This document shows, piece by piece, positions 17,956 to 27,069 of a stretch of 64,000 bases of DNA. The notes below the pieces were generated by a model that did no database searches, had not been told where the DNA came from, and saw nothing but the letters and a program-made list of their open reading frames with translations. Source of the DNA: Rhodobacter sp. (GTDB taxonomy: Bacteria > Pseudomonadota > Alphaproteobacteria > Rhodobacterales > Rhodobacteraceae); the NCBI GenBank assembly GCA_020637595.1, contig JACKKE010000006.1:167720-231719 (forward strand), read 5' to 3'. The position numbers and the translations under genes are program-made. Numbering within the stretch: position 1 is the first letter of the stretch; the number at the start of each line of letters is the position of its first letter.

Positions 17956-20076
17956 TCACCGCCAGTGCAGCGCGCCGCGCTTGTGTGGAAAGGGCAGGTT
18001 GGTGGCGACGCGTGTGTCATAGTCGGGCTGGCCCAGGAACCGCAGGCCGGGGGATTCGCCCGCGTCGCGGCTCGCCGCCAGCGCCTGCACCGTCAGCGGC
18101 GCCGGCCCGGAATGCCACCAGGGATAGGGTGCCTCGGTTTCGGCCAGCGTGCGTGCCACCCCGTCGAGGGTGCGGGCAAACAGCGGCAGCCCGGGCTCGG
18201 CGGCGAGGAAGTTGTTGGCGATGGTGCCGTGGCCTTCCTCGATCACCAGCACCGCGCGCGCGCCCTCCAGCCAGGGGGTGACCGGGGCGCGGGGATATTC
18301 GTCGAGATCGGTAAAGACCCCGCCCTGATGCAGGATCCAGGCCAGCCGGAACAGGTCGGCGCGGGCGGCGGGCAGGGTCTGGCGCTGGAAAAGGGCGGTC
18401 AGGTCCGGGGTATGGCGCGACAGCCAGGCGGTGGCGCCGGCGGCGTCAAAGAGCTGTTGCGAGAGGTCGGGATGCTGCGCGGCCCAGGCGCGAAGGCCGC
18501 GCTCGACCGGGGCGCTGCGCGGTCCTTCCCAGTAATGCGCCAGCTGGCGGGGGATCGCGCCGGCGGCGGCGGTAAAACCGGGTGGCGACAGGGCCAGGGC
18601 ACGGGCGGCAAGCCCGGGCGAGGTCTCGGGGCCGCGCCCCTCGCTGGTGGCATTTGCGGCGTCGCCGACGATCCGGTCGCGCAGATCCTCGCCGGGGTCC
18701 TCGCCCAGTTGGTCGGTCTTGAGGCGGCGGAACTGCGTCAGGTGGTCGAGGGCCAGGGTCAGGTCGCCGGCCAGGAAACCCGCGCGCGCGGCACTCAGGT
18801 GCAGGCCCATGCGTGCCGACCCGTCGCGCAGCGCCGGGGCCAACGCCGCCAGCGCCGCCGCCGGGTCGCGGCCGGCCAGCGCGATTTCGGCCGCCCAATA
18901 GGCATGATCGGCGCGCAGGGGCCAGGCCGCGGGGGGCGTGCCCAGGGCGTGCCCGGCACCGGCCAGATCGCCCATCCGCAAGCGGATTTCGGCCTCGCGC
19001 AGCCGGGTGCGGACCTGCTGGTCCGGGGGGGCGGACCGCTGGATGCAGACAGCCGTCAGCGCCGCTTCGGGCAGACCCAGACGCAGCAGGGCGCGGGCCG
19101 TGGCAGGCGGATCCGCGGTATCGGTGGCCAGATCGGTGGCCAGCGCGTCCCAGTCGCCGGTCATTTCGCGCGCGCTCAGCGCCAGAGCCCGCAGCACGGC
19201 ATTGCCGGGATAAAGCCGCAGCACGCGGTCGGCCAGATCGGCCAGCGTGCGGGCGGCGGGGTGATCGGGGTCGGCGGCTTCGAGCAGCGAACAGCGCAGG
19301 TGCTGCGCCAGGCGCCGCTGCGGCCAGAGCCAGGGCGTGTCGGCTGCGCCCAGCGTGTCGATCTCGGCCCGGGCCGTTGCCGGGTCGTCGCATTCGAGCG
19401 CCAGCCGGATCCGTTCCGCCCGCACCGCCGGGTGATCGGCGCCGCGCTGCCGGGCGAAGGCGTCGAGCAGCGCGCGGGTGCGCCGAAAGTCGCGCTCGTC
19501 CAGAAAGACGCCGATCAGCCAGGACCACGGCAGATCCGGACCCACGTGACCGGCGATCCGTTCGGCCAGCGCGGCTGCGCCCTGCCGGCGATAGAGCGCC
19601 AGCAGCGACAGGCGGAAGCCCTCGGCCCCGTCGAGACCCTCCGGCGTGCCACCGCTCAGCAAGGTCAGCTCTGCCCGCGCCACCCGGTCGCCGCGCCAGG
19701 TTTCCGAGGCCGGGTCGAGGGCGTCGAGGGCCTGCAGCGCGGCCTCGGGCCGTCCCAGCGCCCAGAGTTGCCGGGCCAGCGCCGCCTTGCGGCGGTTCTG
19801 CGCGGTCACCCGCGCGCGCAGCGCCTCCAGCGCGGCCGCGTCGCCGGGATCGGCGCGCACGGCGATCAGCGCGAGGTCAATCGACCAGGGATGGTCGGCC
19901 AGGGCGCGGGGCAGGGCGGGCGCCAGCGGCAACCCGTGCAGCGCCAGTGTCTGCAGCCGGTCGAGGACCGGAGCATAGGCCAGCCCCTCGTGCATCGCGC
20001 GTGCCAGCGCGGTGGCGGGGGCGTGGAGGTCGGCCAGCGGCCCCTGCCAGAGCTGCAGCGCCAGCGCCGGGTTCAC
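17956..20076 (-). CDS. Helical-repeat (TPR-like) protein with C-terminal GT32/OCH1-like DXD glycosyltransferase
   Basis: Ala/Leu/Arg-rich helical repeats, then IPRQLAHYW, RADLFRL..ILHQGGVFTDLD, NNFLAA, SGP. Confidence 0.8.
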   Translation of the reverse strand: MNPALALQLWQGPLADLHAPATALARAMHEGLAYAPVLDRLQTLALHGLPLAPALPRALADHPWSIDLALIAVRADPGDAAALEALRARVTAQNRRKAALARQLWALGRPEAALQALDALDPASETWRGDRVARAELTLLSGGTPEGLDGAEGFRLSLLALYRRQGAAALAERIAGHVGPDLPWSWLIGVFLDERDFRRTRALLDAFARQRGADHPAVRAERIRLALECDDPATARAEIDTLGAADTPWLWPQRRLAQHLRCSLLEAADPDHPAARTLADLADRVLRLYPGNAVLRALALSAREMTGDWDALATDLATDTADPPATARALLRLGLPEAALTAVCIQRSAPPDQQVRTRLREAEIRLRMGDLAGAGHALGTPPAAWPLRADHAYWAAEIALAGRDPAAALAALAPALRDGSARMGLHLSAARAGFLAGDLTLALDHLTQFRRLKTDQLGEDPGEDLRDRIVGDAANATSEGRGPETSPGLAARALALSPPGFTAAAGAIPRQLAHYWEGPRSAPVERGLRAWAAQHPDLSQQLFDAAGATAWLSRHTPDLTALFQRQTLPAARADLFRLAWILHQGGVFTDLDEYPRAPVTPWLEGARAVLVIEEGHGTIANNFLAAEPGLPLFARTLDGVARTLAETEAPYPWWHSGPAPLTVQALAASRDAGESPGLRFLGQPDYDTRVATNLPFPHKRGALHWR

Positions 20077-20079
20077 GGC

Positions 20080-20859
20080 TTACTCCTTCAGCAGGCGTTC
20101 GCCCTCGGCAAAGCGCATGCCCAGTTGCTCCTCGGCCTCCTGGCGAAAGCGCCAGGTGAGCCCATGCAGCGTCATCAGCACCGAACGGTCCATCGCGAAC
20201 GGCTCCGAGGCCCAGACCCGCCCGCGCATCAACCGTTGCAGCCGCTCCTGTCCGGCCTCGTCCAGCCCGGCCTGATCGAGACCCAATTCGCTGAAGATCC
20301 GGGCAACGCTGCCGGCGCGGTCGGTGTGGAAATCCTCGTAGTTCAAGAGGATCAGCTCGGGGTAGTGCCGTCGCCAGGCCCGCACGTTGCGCAGGTAGTC
20401 ACCATGCAGGCCCAGCTTTGCCAGCCGCGCGACGCGGTCGAAATCGGCATCGAGGTGCAGGGGCTCGGTGCGGTCCTTGCCGAGGTGCCACAGCATCTGC
20501 ATGCGGATCCCCGAGACCGCGCGCGCCAGCGGGTCACGCAGGATATAGATCACCCGCGCCGTCGGGTTCAGCGCCTTGCATTCGGCGATGTCGCGGTCGG
20601 ACAGGCCGGCGTATTCGGGCGTGAAGTCGAGCGTGCGCAGCGCCGGGTCCGGCGGGGTCATCAGCTGGCGATACCAGTCGATCCCGCGCTGGTGGTTCCA
20701 GTCCCAGAAATGCGCCTCCTTGGTGGTCGAGGTGACGGGTTCCGAGTTGGGAAAGGCCCAGGTCGCCGGATGCGTGTTGATCACCGAATGCAGCCAGCTG
20801 GTCGATCCCTTCTGACAGCCGATGCACAGGATGTCGGTGATGTTCTCGCGCGTGCTCAT
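20080..20859 (-). CDS. PAPS-dependent sulfotransferase family protein (copy 2)
   Basis: IGCQKGSTSWL, KEAHFWD, DFTPEY, IYILRDPLARAVS. Confidence 0.88.
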   Translation of the reverse strand: MSTRENITDILCIGCQKGSTSWLHSVINTHPATWAFPNSEPVTSTTKEAHFWDWNHQRGIDWYRQLMTPPDPALRTLDFTPEYAGLSDRDIAECKALNPTARVIYILRDPLARAVSGIRMQMLWHLGKDRTEPLHLDADFDRVARLAKLGLHGDYLRNVRAWRRHYPELILLNYEDFHTDRAGSVARIFSELGLDQAGLDEAGQERLQRLMRGRVWASEPFAMDRSVLMTLHGLTWRFRQEAEEQLGMRFAEGERLLKE

Positions 20860-21644
20860 CGGGCGGCCTCCAGGATCGCGTCGCCTTCAGAGAAGGTCAG
20901 GCCGAGCTGCTCGGCGCAGGCCGTGCGGGCGAGCAGAGTGACACCGTGCAGGAAATGCACGCAGTCGGGGTCGAGCGGATAGGCCGGGGTTTCCCAGATC
21001 CGGCGCCCGGCGCGCTGTTCGATGGCGCTGCGCTGGTCGGCGGTCAGCGTCTCGGTCGTCAGCCCGCACTGGTCCATCAGCCGCAGCGACCCGCCGACGG
21101 GATCGGCGCGCAGCTCTTCATAGTTCACCAGGATCAGGTCGGGATAATGTGCCCGCCAGCGTGAGACATTGCGCGGATAGGCGCCGTGATCCCACAGCCT
21201 GGCATTGCTGCAGCGGTCGAGGAACTTCTTGTCAAAGGTGATCCTGTGCGCATCGGCCGCGGCGTGGTTCGTCGCCCAGACGGTGTGCATGCGGATCGCG
21301 GACACCGCGCGCGCCAGCGGGTCACGCAGGATATAGATGACCTTGGCGTCCGGGTTCAGCGCCTTGCACTCGGCGATCTGGCTTTCGGTCAGAAAGGCAT
21401 AATCCGGGGTGAAGTCGAGGCTTTTCAGCCGGTCGTCCAGGGGCCGCATCAGCACCCGATACCAGTCGGCGCCGCGGCGGTGGTTCCAGTCCCAGAAATG
21501 CGCCTCCTTGGCGGTCGAGGTCAGCGGGTCGAAGGCGGGAAACGCCCAGGCGCCGGGATGGGCGGCCATCACATGATGCAGCCAGCTGGTCATCGACCGC
21601 TGCGCACCGATGCACAGGATGTCGGCGGCATTCGTGCGGCTCAT
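20856..21644 (-). CDS. PAPS-dependent sulfotransferase family protein (copy 1)
   Basis: IGAQRSMTSWL, KEAHFWD, DFTPDY, IYILRDPLARAVS. Confidence 0.85.
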   Translation of the reverse strand: MSRTNAADILCIGAQRSMTSWLHHVMAAHPGAWAFPAFDPLTSTAKEAHFWDWNHRRGADWYRVLMRPLDDRLKSLDFTPDYAFLTESQIAECKALNPDAKVIYILRDPLARAVSAIRMHTVWATNHAAADAHRITFDKKFLDRCSNARLWDHGAYPRNVSRWRAHYPDLILVNYEELRADPVGGSLRLMDQCGLTTETLTADQRSAIEQRAGRRIWETPAYPLDPDCVHFLHGVTLLARTACAEQLGLTFSEGDAILEAAR

Positions 21645-22423
21645 TGCGCGGCCTCCGCCTGCAGGCGCGCCAGATCGGCAGGCAGCGTCCAGTTTGCGCG
21701 AAACGCCGACAGATGGGTCTCGAGCGCCAGCGCGTCGCCCGCGGCATGCGCGGCCTCGATGCAGCGGCGGCGGCGATAGGCGTTGTCGCCGGCGGTGATC
21801 GCGGTTTCAAAGCAGCGCAGCGCCTCGGCGGGTTCGCCGGCGCGCAGGCACAGATCGCCCAGCATCCGCAACGCATAGCCGGTGCTGCCGGAGCTGTCGT
21901 CGCGCCAGCCGGGCGCGTGGATCCGGGCGTGCATTGCGGGCATCGCCAGTCGCACGGCCTCGACCGCCAGCGCCTGCCGGTTAAAGTCATAGACCGGCAG
22001 GATGGCCCCCGATGCGCGGCCGGGGGCGGACAACAGCGTCGCCGGATCGCGCTTCAGGGCTGCCAGCAGCCGCTGGGCGGCCAGATCCGCGACCTGCCAG
22101 GCGCGAAAGAACTCGTGATAGAGGAACACCCTCAGCGGATCGCCACCGCGCGCCGCCCGCGGCCATCCGGCGGGATCGCCCAGCGAGAACGCCTGCGTCA
22201 GGCGCGGATCGTCGAGCAACGCCCGCACCGCGGCCCGCATCCGCCCGGGCGCCTTGCGGGCGGGATCCTCGAAGGCGTCCAGCGCGTCGCCTTCGCCCGG
22301 GCCCGACAGGGTGGCGAGGCAACGAAAGCGCGCGCGTTTCTGGCCGGTGTTCTCGATGCGCTGATACACGTCAAAGCCTCGCTCACCGCGGACGGCAAAG
22401 TCGGGCAGGTCGTCATCGAGCAT
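21641..22423 (-). CDS. Hypothetical protein with C-terminal TPR-like motif
   Basis: YALRMLGDLCLRAGEPAEALRCFETAI. 4-bp overlap with the sulfotransferase. Confidence 0.7.
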   Translation of the reverse strand: MLDDDLPDFAVRGERGFDVYQRIENTGQKRARFRCLATLSGPGEGDALDAFEDPARKAPGRMRAAVRALLDDPRLTQAFSLGDPAGWPRAARGGDPLRVFLYHEFFRAWQVADLAAQRLLAALKRDPATLLSAPGRASGAILPVYDFNRQALAVEAVRLAMPAMHARIHAPGWRDDSSGSTGYALRMLGDLCLRAGEPAEALRCFETAITAGDNAYRRRRCIEAAHAAGDALALETHLSAFRANWTLPADLARLQAEAAQ

Positions 22424-22437
22424 GGGCGGCGGGCCTT

Positions 22438-23976
22438 TCAGGTTCGGCTGACCACAAGGTCGTGGCAGGACAGACGGAAATCATGCGCCTGGCGGGGCAG
22501 GATGATCGACAGTTTGGGCGCGTCGCACCGGTCGAGCGCCGGCGCAAGGAACATGCGATCGATACGCACGGTGCCGCCGGGTGGGCAGGAATGGACATGG
22601 GGCTCGTCAAAGACATGCGACCGCCGGCCGAGCCGATCGCGCACGAAGAGTGACAGCGCCGACTGAAACAGGAACCCGGTCTGCGAGCCCAGGATCACCT
22701 CGCAGCGCAGCCCGCCGCCGGCATCCGCGAGCCCGGCCAGCGACAGTTCCAGCGCGGTGAAATCGCGGGTTTGCGGGATCTGCAGCACCAGCCGGCGCTG
22801 TGCCGGCGAGGCGTGCAGGTAGAGGCCTTGCTGGTCCTCGGCCATCGACAGGCGCATCCGCTCCAGAAACGGTGCGGTCGAGGACAGCGGATAGCCGATG
22901 TCGAGGTCTCCCACCGAGTCCCACAGCGACCAGACGCGGGACTTGGGATCGGCCTCGCAGGGCTGCATCGGGTCGACGGCACCCAGCCGCGCCTCCAGCG
23001 CCTCGATCCGTGCATTCAGCGCCATCGATTCGCCGTTGATCTTGTGCCAGAGCGCGCTGGTCTCGTCGTTCAGCTCCTTGACCACGGTGGCGGCGGCGGC
23101 GCGCACCAGGTCGGTGGCGGCGGCGGCGGTCAGGGGGGCGTCGGCGGCCAGATCGCGCGGGGTCGCGACCTCGATCCGCGCCAGGTCGGAATAAAGCCGC
23201 CAGTCATAGGACGGGTTGTCGAGCGTGTTCATCGCCACCGACCGGCCGGTGTCGCCCTTGCGGCGCACCCGGCGGTGATGAAAGGCCAGCGGCTTGTCGA
23301 GGATCGCCAGCCGGTTGCGCTGCAGGAACCGCGTCATAAAGGCGCGATCCTCCATCACGTTGAAGGCCGACGGGAAACCGCCGACCGCCTGCACCGCCTT
23401 GCGGTTCAGCATCCACTGCACCGGATAGAGGTCATGCCGGTAGGTCGCATAGGCGATCGGATCGAGGAAGAAATCGGTGCGCCGGAAGGAATTCGGCAGT
23501 TGGTCCTCGCCCAACCGCACCAGCGTGTCCTGGCCGCCACGGGTGACGATATCCTCGCGCACCGCGGTGACCAGCGCGGCGGCGCCGCCGAGGTCAGGGG
23601 CCAGCGGTTGGGTTTCGTCAACAAGCGTCAGCAGGCTGTCGAGAAAGGCCGGATCCCAGCTGTCGTCGTCGTCAAGGCAGCAGACGAATTCGGTCTCCAG
23701 CGCCGCGACGCCGCGGTTGAACGCATCCGAGCGCCCGATCGAGGCCGGCAGGTCGATCCGCATCATCCGCCCGTCGTCGAACGGTGCCTGCAGGCCCGCG
23801 GCGCGGATCGCTGCGGTCAGGGCCTTGGCGTCGCCGCCGTCGTTGACCAGGGCCACACGCCAGGCGGTGCAGGTCTGTGCCAGCACCGTCGCCAGGGCCC
23901 GGGGGACGAACAGCGGCCGGTCCTTGGTGCGGATGACGATGCCCACGCGCGGCGCGGTCGGAGGAGGCGTTGACAC
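22438..23976 (-). CDS. GT2 glycosyltransferase with coiled-coil linker and unassigned C-terminal domain
   Basis: IVIRTKDR, LVNDGG, AFNRG, CLDDDD, MEDRAF. Confidence 0.88.
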   Translation of the reverse strand: MSTPPPTAPRVGIVIRTKDRPLFVPRALATVLAQTCTAWRVALVNDGGDAKALTAAIRAAGLQAPFDDGRMMRIDLPASIGRSDAFNRGVAALETEFVCCLDDDDSWDPAFLDSLLTLVDETQPLAPDLGGAAALVTAVREDIVTRGGQDTLVRLGEDQLPNSFRRTDFFLDPIAYATYRHDLYPVQWMLNRKAVQAVGGFPSAFNVMEDRAFMTRFLQRNRLAILDKPLAFHHRRVRRKGDTGRSVAMNTLDNPSYDWRLYSDLARIEVATPRDLAADAPLTAAAATDLVRAAAATVVKELNDETSALWHKINGESMALNARIEALEARLGAVDPMQPCEADPKSRVWSLWDSVGDLDIGYPLSSTAPFLERMRLSMAEDQQGLYLHASPAQRRLVLQIPQTRDFTALELSLAGLADAGGGLRCEVILGSQTGFLFQSALSLFVRDRLGRRSHVFDEPHVHSCPPGGTVRIDRMFLAPALDRCDAPKLSIILPRQAHDFRLSCHDLVVSRT

Positions 23977-24170
23977 GGGAGAACCCTCGGGGAAAAAACC
24001 ACAGAAGCGGGGCGCACACCCGTTCGGGGCGGGCGCGGTCCCGGGGCAGAGCCTAGACGATGCGCGCGGTTCTGGTCCATGCCGAAATCAACCCGTCCGG
24101 CCGGGGTAGGGCGGTTGTCCGGCCCGCGGACGGCAGCCGGCGATTTCCGTGGCGGTTCGGGACCGGCGGC

Positions 24171-24200
24171 TTGACTTTCCAAGGGGAAAGACGGTAGAGG
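24171..24200 (+). promoter_or_regulatory. Candidate sigma70 promoter of rplU-rpmA
   Basis: TTGACT, 18 nt, TAGAGG, about 140 nt upstream of rplU. Confidence 0.45.
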
Positions 24201-24339
24201 CAGCGCGTGCCCTGCGTCGCGCGATGCGGGGCATGTCTTATTCTCATCCCCCGCAAAGGGGCGCTGTTCGAAGGCGGCATCAGCCGGAACACCCGTTCGC
24301 GGGGGCCGAAGGACGCGGAAAACGAAGGAAAACAGGACG

Positions 24340-24912
24340 ATGTTTGCAGTCCTCAAGACCGGTGGCAAGCAATACCGCGTTCAGGCGGGTGATGTGCTGC
24401 GCGTCGAGCGTCTGGCCGCCGATGCCGGCGAGACCGTGCAGTTCAACGAGATTCTGATGCTGGGCGGCGATTCGCCCGTGGTCGGCGCGCCGCTGGTCGC
24501 CGGTGCCGCGGTGCAGGCCCAGGTCATCGACCAGATCAAGGGTGACAAGGTCATCCACTACGTCAAGCGTCGCCGCAAGCACAGCTCGCAGCGCACCAAG
24601 GGCCACCGCCAGCTGCTGACGCTGCTGCGCGTGACCGACATCCTGGCCGCTGGCGCCGACGCGACCGGCGTCAAGGCCGCGATCGGTTCGGGCTCGGCCC
24701 CCAAGGCGGCCTCGACTGCCGCTCCGGCCGCCAAGGCCGCTGCGTCGGGCGACGACCTGACCGCGATCAACGGTGTCGGCCCGGCCGCCGCCAAGAAGCT
24801 GAACGAAGCCGGCATCACCACCTACGCCCAGCTGGCGGCCGTGGATGCGGACACGTTCGCTGCCACCAAAGTGAAGCCCGAGTGGGTCGAACAGGCCAAA
24901 GCTCTGGCCTAA
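24340..24912 (+). CDS. rplU: 50S ribosomal protein L21 with C-terminal helix-hairpin-helix extension
   Basis: MFAVLKTGGKQYRV, KGHRQ. Extension DDLTAINGVGP. Confidence 0.97.
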   Translation: MFAVLKTGGKQYRVQAGDVLRVERLAADAGETVQFNEILMLGGDSPVVGAPLVAGAAVQAQVIDQIKGDKVIHYVKRRRKHSSQRTKGHRQLLTLLRVTDILAAGADATGVKAAIGSGSAPKAASTAAPAAKAAASGDDLTAINGVGPAAAKKLNEAGITTYAQLAAVDADTFAATKVKPEWVEQAKALA

Positions 24913-24930
24913 GGTTAAGGAGAGACACCA

Positions 24931-25200
24931 ATGGCACACAAAAAAGCAGGCGGTTCGTCCCGGAACGGCCGCGACTCCGCCGGTCGTCGCCTGGGCGTCA
25001 AGATCTACGGTGGCCAGACCTGCATCGCGGGCAACATCATCGTGCGTCAGCGCGGCACCAAGCACTGGCCGGGTGAAGGCGTCGGCATGGGCAAGGACCA
25101 CACCCTGTTCGCCCTCAGCGATGGCCGCGTCACCTTCACGAAAGGCCTCAAGGGCCGCAGCTTCGTATCGGTCCTGCCGGTGAGCGAGGCCGCCGAGTAA
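24931..25200 (+). CDS. rpmA: 50S ribosomal protein L27
   Basis: [34 protein letters not shown]. Confidence 0.98.
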   Translation: MAHKKAGGSSRNGRDSAGRRLGVKIYGGQTCIAGNIIVRQRGTKHWPGEGVGMGKDHTLFALSDGRVTFTKGLKGRSFVSVLPVSEAAE

Positions 25201-25229
25201 CGCAAAGTCTTCATACTTGCACGTTACAA

Positions 25230-25266
25230 GGGGGCCGACAGGAAACTGCCGGCCCCCGCTCTTTTC
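25230..25266 (+). terminator. Rho-independent terminator after rpmA
   Basis: GGGGGCCG-ACAG-GAAA-CTG-CCGGCCCCC hairpin followed by GCTCTTTTC. Confidence 0.6.
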
Positions 25267-25310
25267 TGCCGTTCGCGCAGCCTGCGCGGCGGCGACCCGA
25301 GGACAGATCC

Positions 25311-25868
25311 ATGCCCGCCCCGTTGACCGCCGCCAACGTCGAGCCCCGCACGCAGCCCATGATCGAGGCCGAGCACCTCGACCTGCGCCCGCTGCGGCGC
25401 CAGGATGCGGATCTGCTGGCGCTTTACGCCGCGGACCGGCGGGTGGCCGAGGGGACGCGCTCGATCCCGCATCCGCTGACCAAGTCCGCGATCGCGGAGT
25501 ATATCGACGCCGCTCTCGCCCCGGACCGGGACGAGGACGTCTGGGCCATCGACGGCTGGCGGCATGGCTCGGCGAACCTGCTGGGCGTGATCTCGCTCAA
25601 GCATCTCGACCGCAGCCAGAGCCAGATCGGCTACTGGGTCGCGCCGGCCTTCTGGCATGGCGGCATCGCCAGTCAGGCGGTGCGCGGCCTGCTGGCGGCG
25701 AACCCGCATCACAACCGCACCGTCTTTGCCGAGGTGTTCCAGGACAATCCGGTCTCGGCGCGGCTTTTGACCAACAGCGGTTTTGAATACATCGGCGACG
25801 CCGAGGCCTGGTCGATCGCGCGCAATGCGGCGGTGCCAACCTGGACCTATCTGCGCCGGATGGGCTGA
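25311..25868 (+). CDS. GNAT acetyltransferase, RimJ/RimL-like
   Basis: LDLRPL, IPHP, IGYWVAPAFWHGGIA, NPVSARLLTNSGF. Confidence 0.88.
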   Translation: MPAPLTAANVEPRTQPMIEAEHLDLRPLRRQDADLLALYAADRRVAEGTRSIPHPLTKSAIAEYIDAALAPDRDEDVWAIDGWRHGSANLLGVISLKHLDRSQSQIGYWVAPAFWHGGIASQAVRGLLAANPHHNRTVFAEVFQDNPVSARLLTNSGFEYIGDAEAWSIARNAAVPTWTYLRRMG

Positions 25869-26034
25869 GGGACGGATGAGCTGAGGGACGGCGCGTCGAC
25901 GCGCCGTCGCCCCGCCCGGAACAGCCGTTTCGCACCCGACCGACCGGCACCCGCCGCAGCCGGGTTATGTGCCGGGCCTTGAACCAACACGCGCCAACCG
26001 CTATCGCTGACGGCGCACAGCCGGAAAAATTGCC

Positions 26035-27069
26035 ATGAAGTTTCTCGATCTCGCCAAGGTCACCATCCGCTCGGGTTCGGGCGGCAACGGCTGCATCAGT
26101 TTCCGCAAGGAAAAGTTCGTCGAGTTCGGCGGGCCGAACGGCGGCGATGGCGGCTGCGGCGGGGATGTGTGGGCCGAATGCGTGCCGGCGCTGAACACGC
26201 TGATCGACTTTCGCTATCAGCAGCATTTCTTTGCCGGGAACGGCAAGCCCGGGATGGGCAGCCAGCGCACCGGCAAGGATGGCGACGACATCATCCTCAA
26301 GGTGCCCGCTGGGACCGAGATCCTCGAAGACGACGGCGAAACCATCGTCGCCGACCTGACCGAGGTCGGGCAGCGGGTGATGCTGGCCAAGGGCGGCAAT
26401 GGCGGCTGGGGCAACCTGCATTTCAAGACCGCGACCAACCAGGCCCCGCGCCGCGCCAACCCGGGCCAGGAAGGGGTCGAGCGCGAACTGTGGCTGCGCC
26501 TGAAGCTGATTGCCGACGCCGGGTTGGCCGGGCTGCCGAACGCCGGGAAATCGACCTTCCTCGCCGCGACCTCGAACGCGCGGCCGAAGATCGCGGACTA
26601 TCCATTCACCACGCTGCACCCGAACTTGGGCGTCGTTGGTGTCGACCAGCGCGAGTTCGTGCTGGCCGACATTCCCGGCCTGATCGAGGGGGCGAGCGAG
26701 GGGCGCGGCCTGGGCGATCAGTTCCTGGGCCATATCGAACGCTGCGCGGTTCTGCTGCATCTGGTTGATGGCACCTCCGAGGACGTGGCCGAGGATTTCC
26801 GCATCATCGACCGCGAACTGGAGCTTTACAGCGAGATCGTGCACGAAAAGCCGCGCGTGGTCGGTCTGAACAAATGCGACGCGCTTTCGGACGAGGAAAT
26901 CGCCGAGAAGACCGCCGCGCTGGAAGAGGCCAGCGGCGGGCGGGTCTATGTGCTGTCGGGCGCGACGGGCAAGGGCGTCCAGCAGGTGCTGCGCGCGCTC
27001 TGGGCCGAAATCTCCGGCCAGCGCGCCGAGGCCGCCGCCGAAGAGGAGCAGGCGCCGTGGCAACCCTGA
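26035..27069 (+). CDS. obgE: GTPase Obg/CgtA
   Basis: MKFLD, Gly-rich Obg fold, [25 protein letters not shown]. Confidence 0.98.
   Translation: MKFLDLAKVTIRSGSGGNGCISFRKEKFVEFGGPNGGDGGCGGDVWAECVPALNTLIDFRYQQHFFAGNGKPGMGSQRTGKDGDDIILKVPAGTEILEDDGETIVADLTEVGQRVMLAKGGNGGWGNLHFKTATNQAPRRANPGQEGVERELWLRLKLIADAGLAGLPNAGKSTFLAATSNARPKIADYPFTTLHPNLGVVGVDQREFVLADIPGLIEGASEGRGLGDQFLGHIERCAVLLHLVDGTSEDVAEDFRIIDRELELYSEIVHEKPRVVGLNKCDALSDEEIAEKTAALEEASGGRVYVLSGATGKGVQQVLRALWAEISGQRAEAAAEEEQAPWQP

Noticed and set aside
25864-25891. 12-bp direct repeat GCTGAGGGACGG at the GNAT stop
   Set aside because: Single short duplication separated by 4 nt, with no element between. Most likely slippage.
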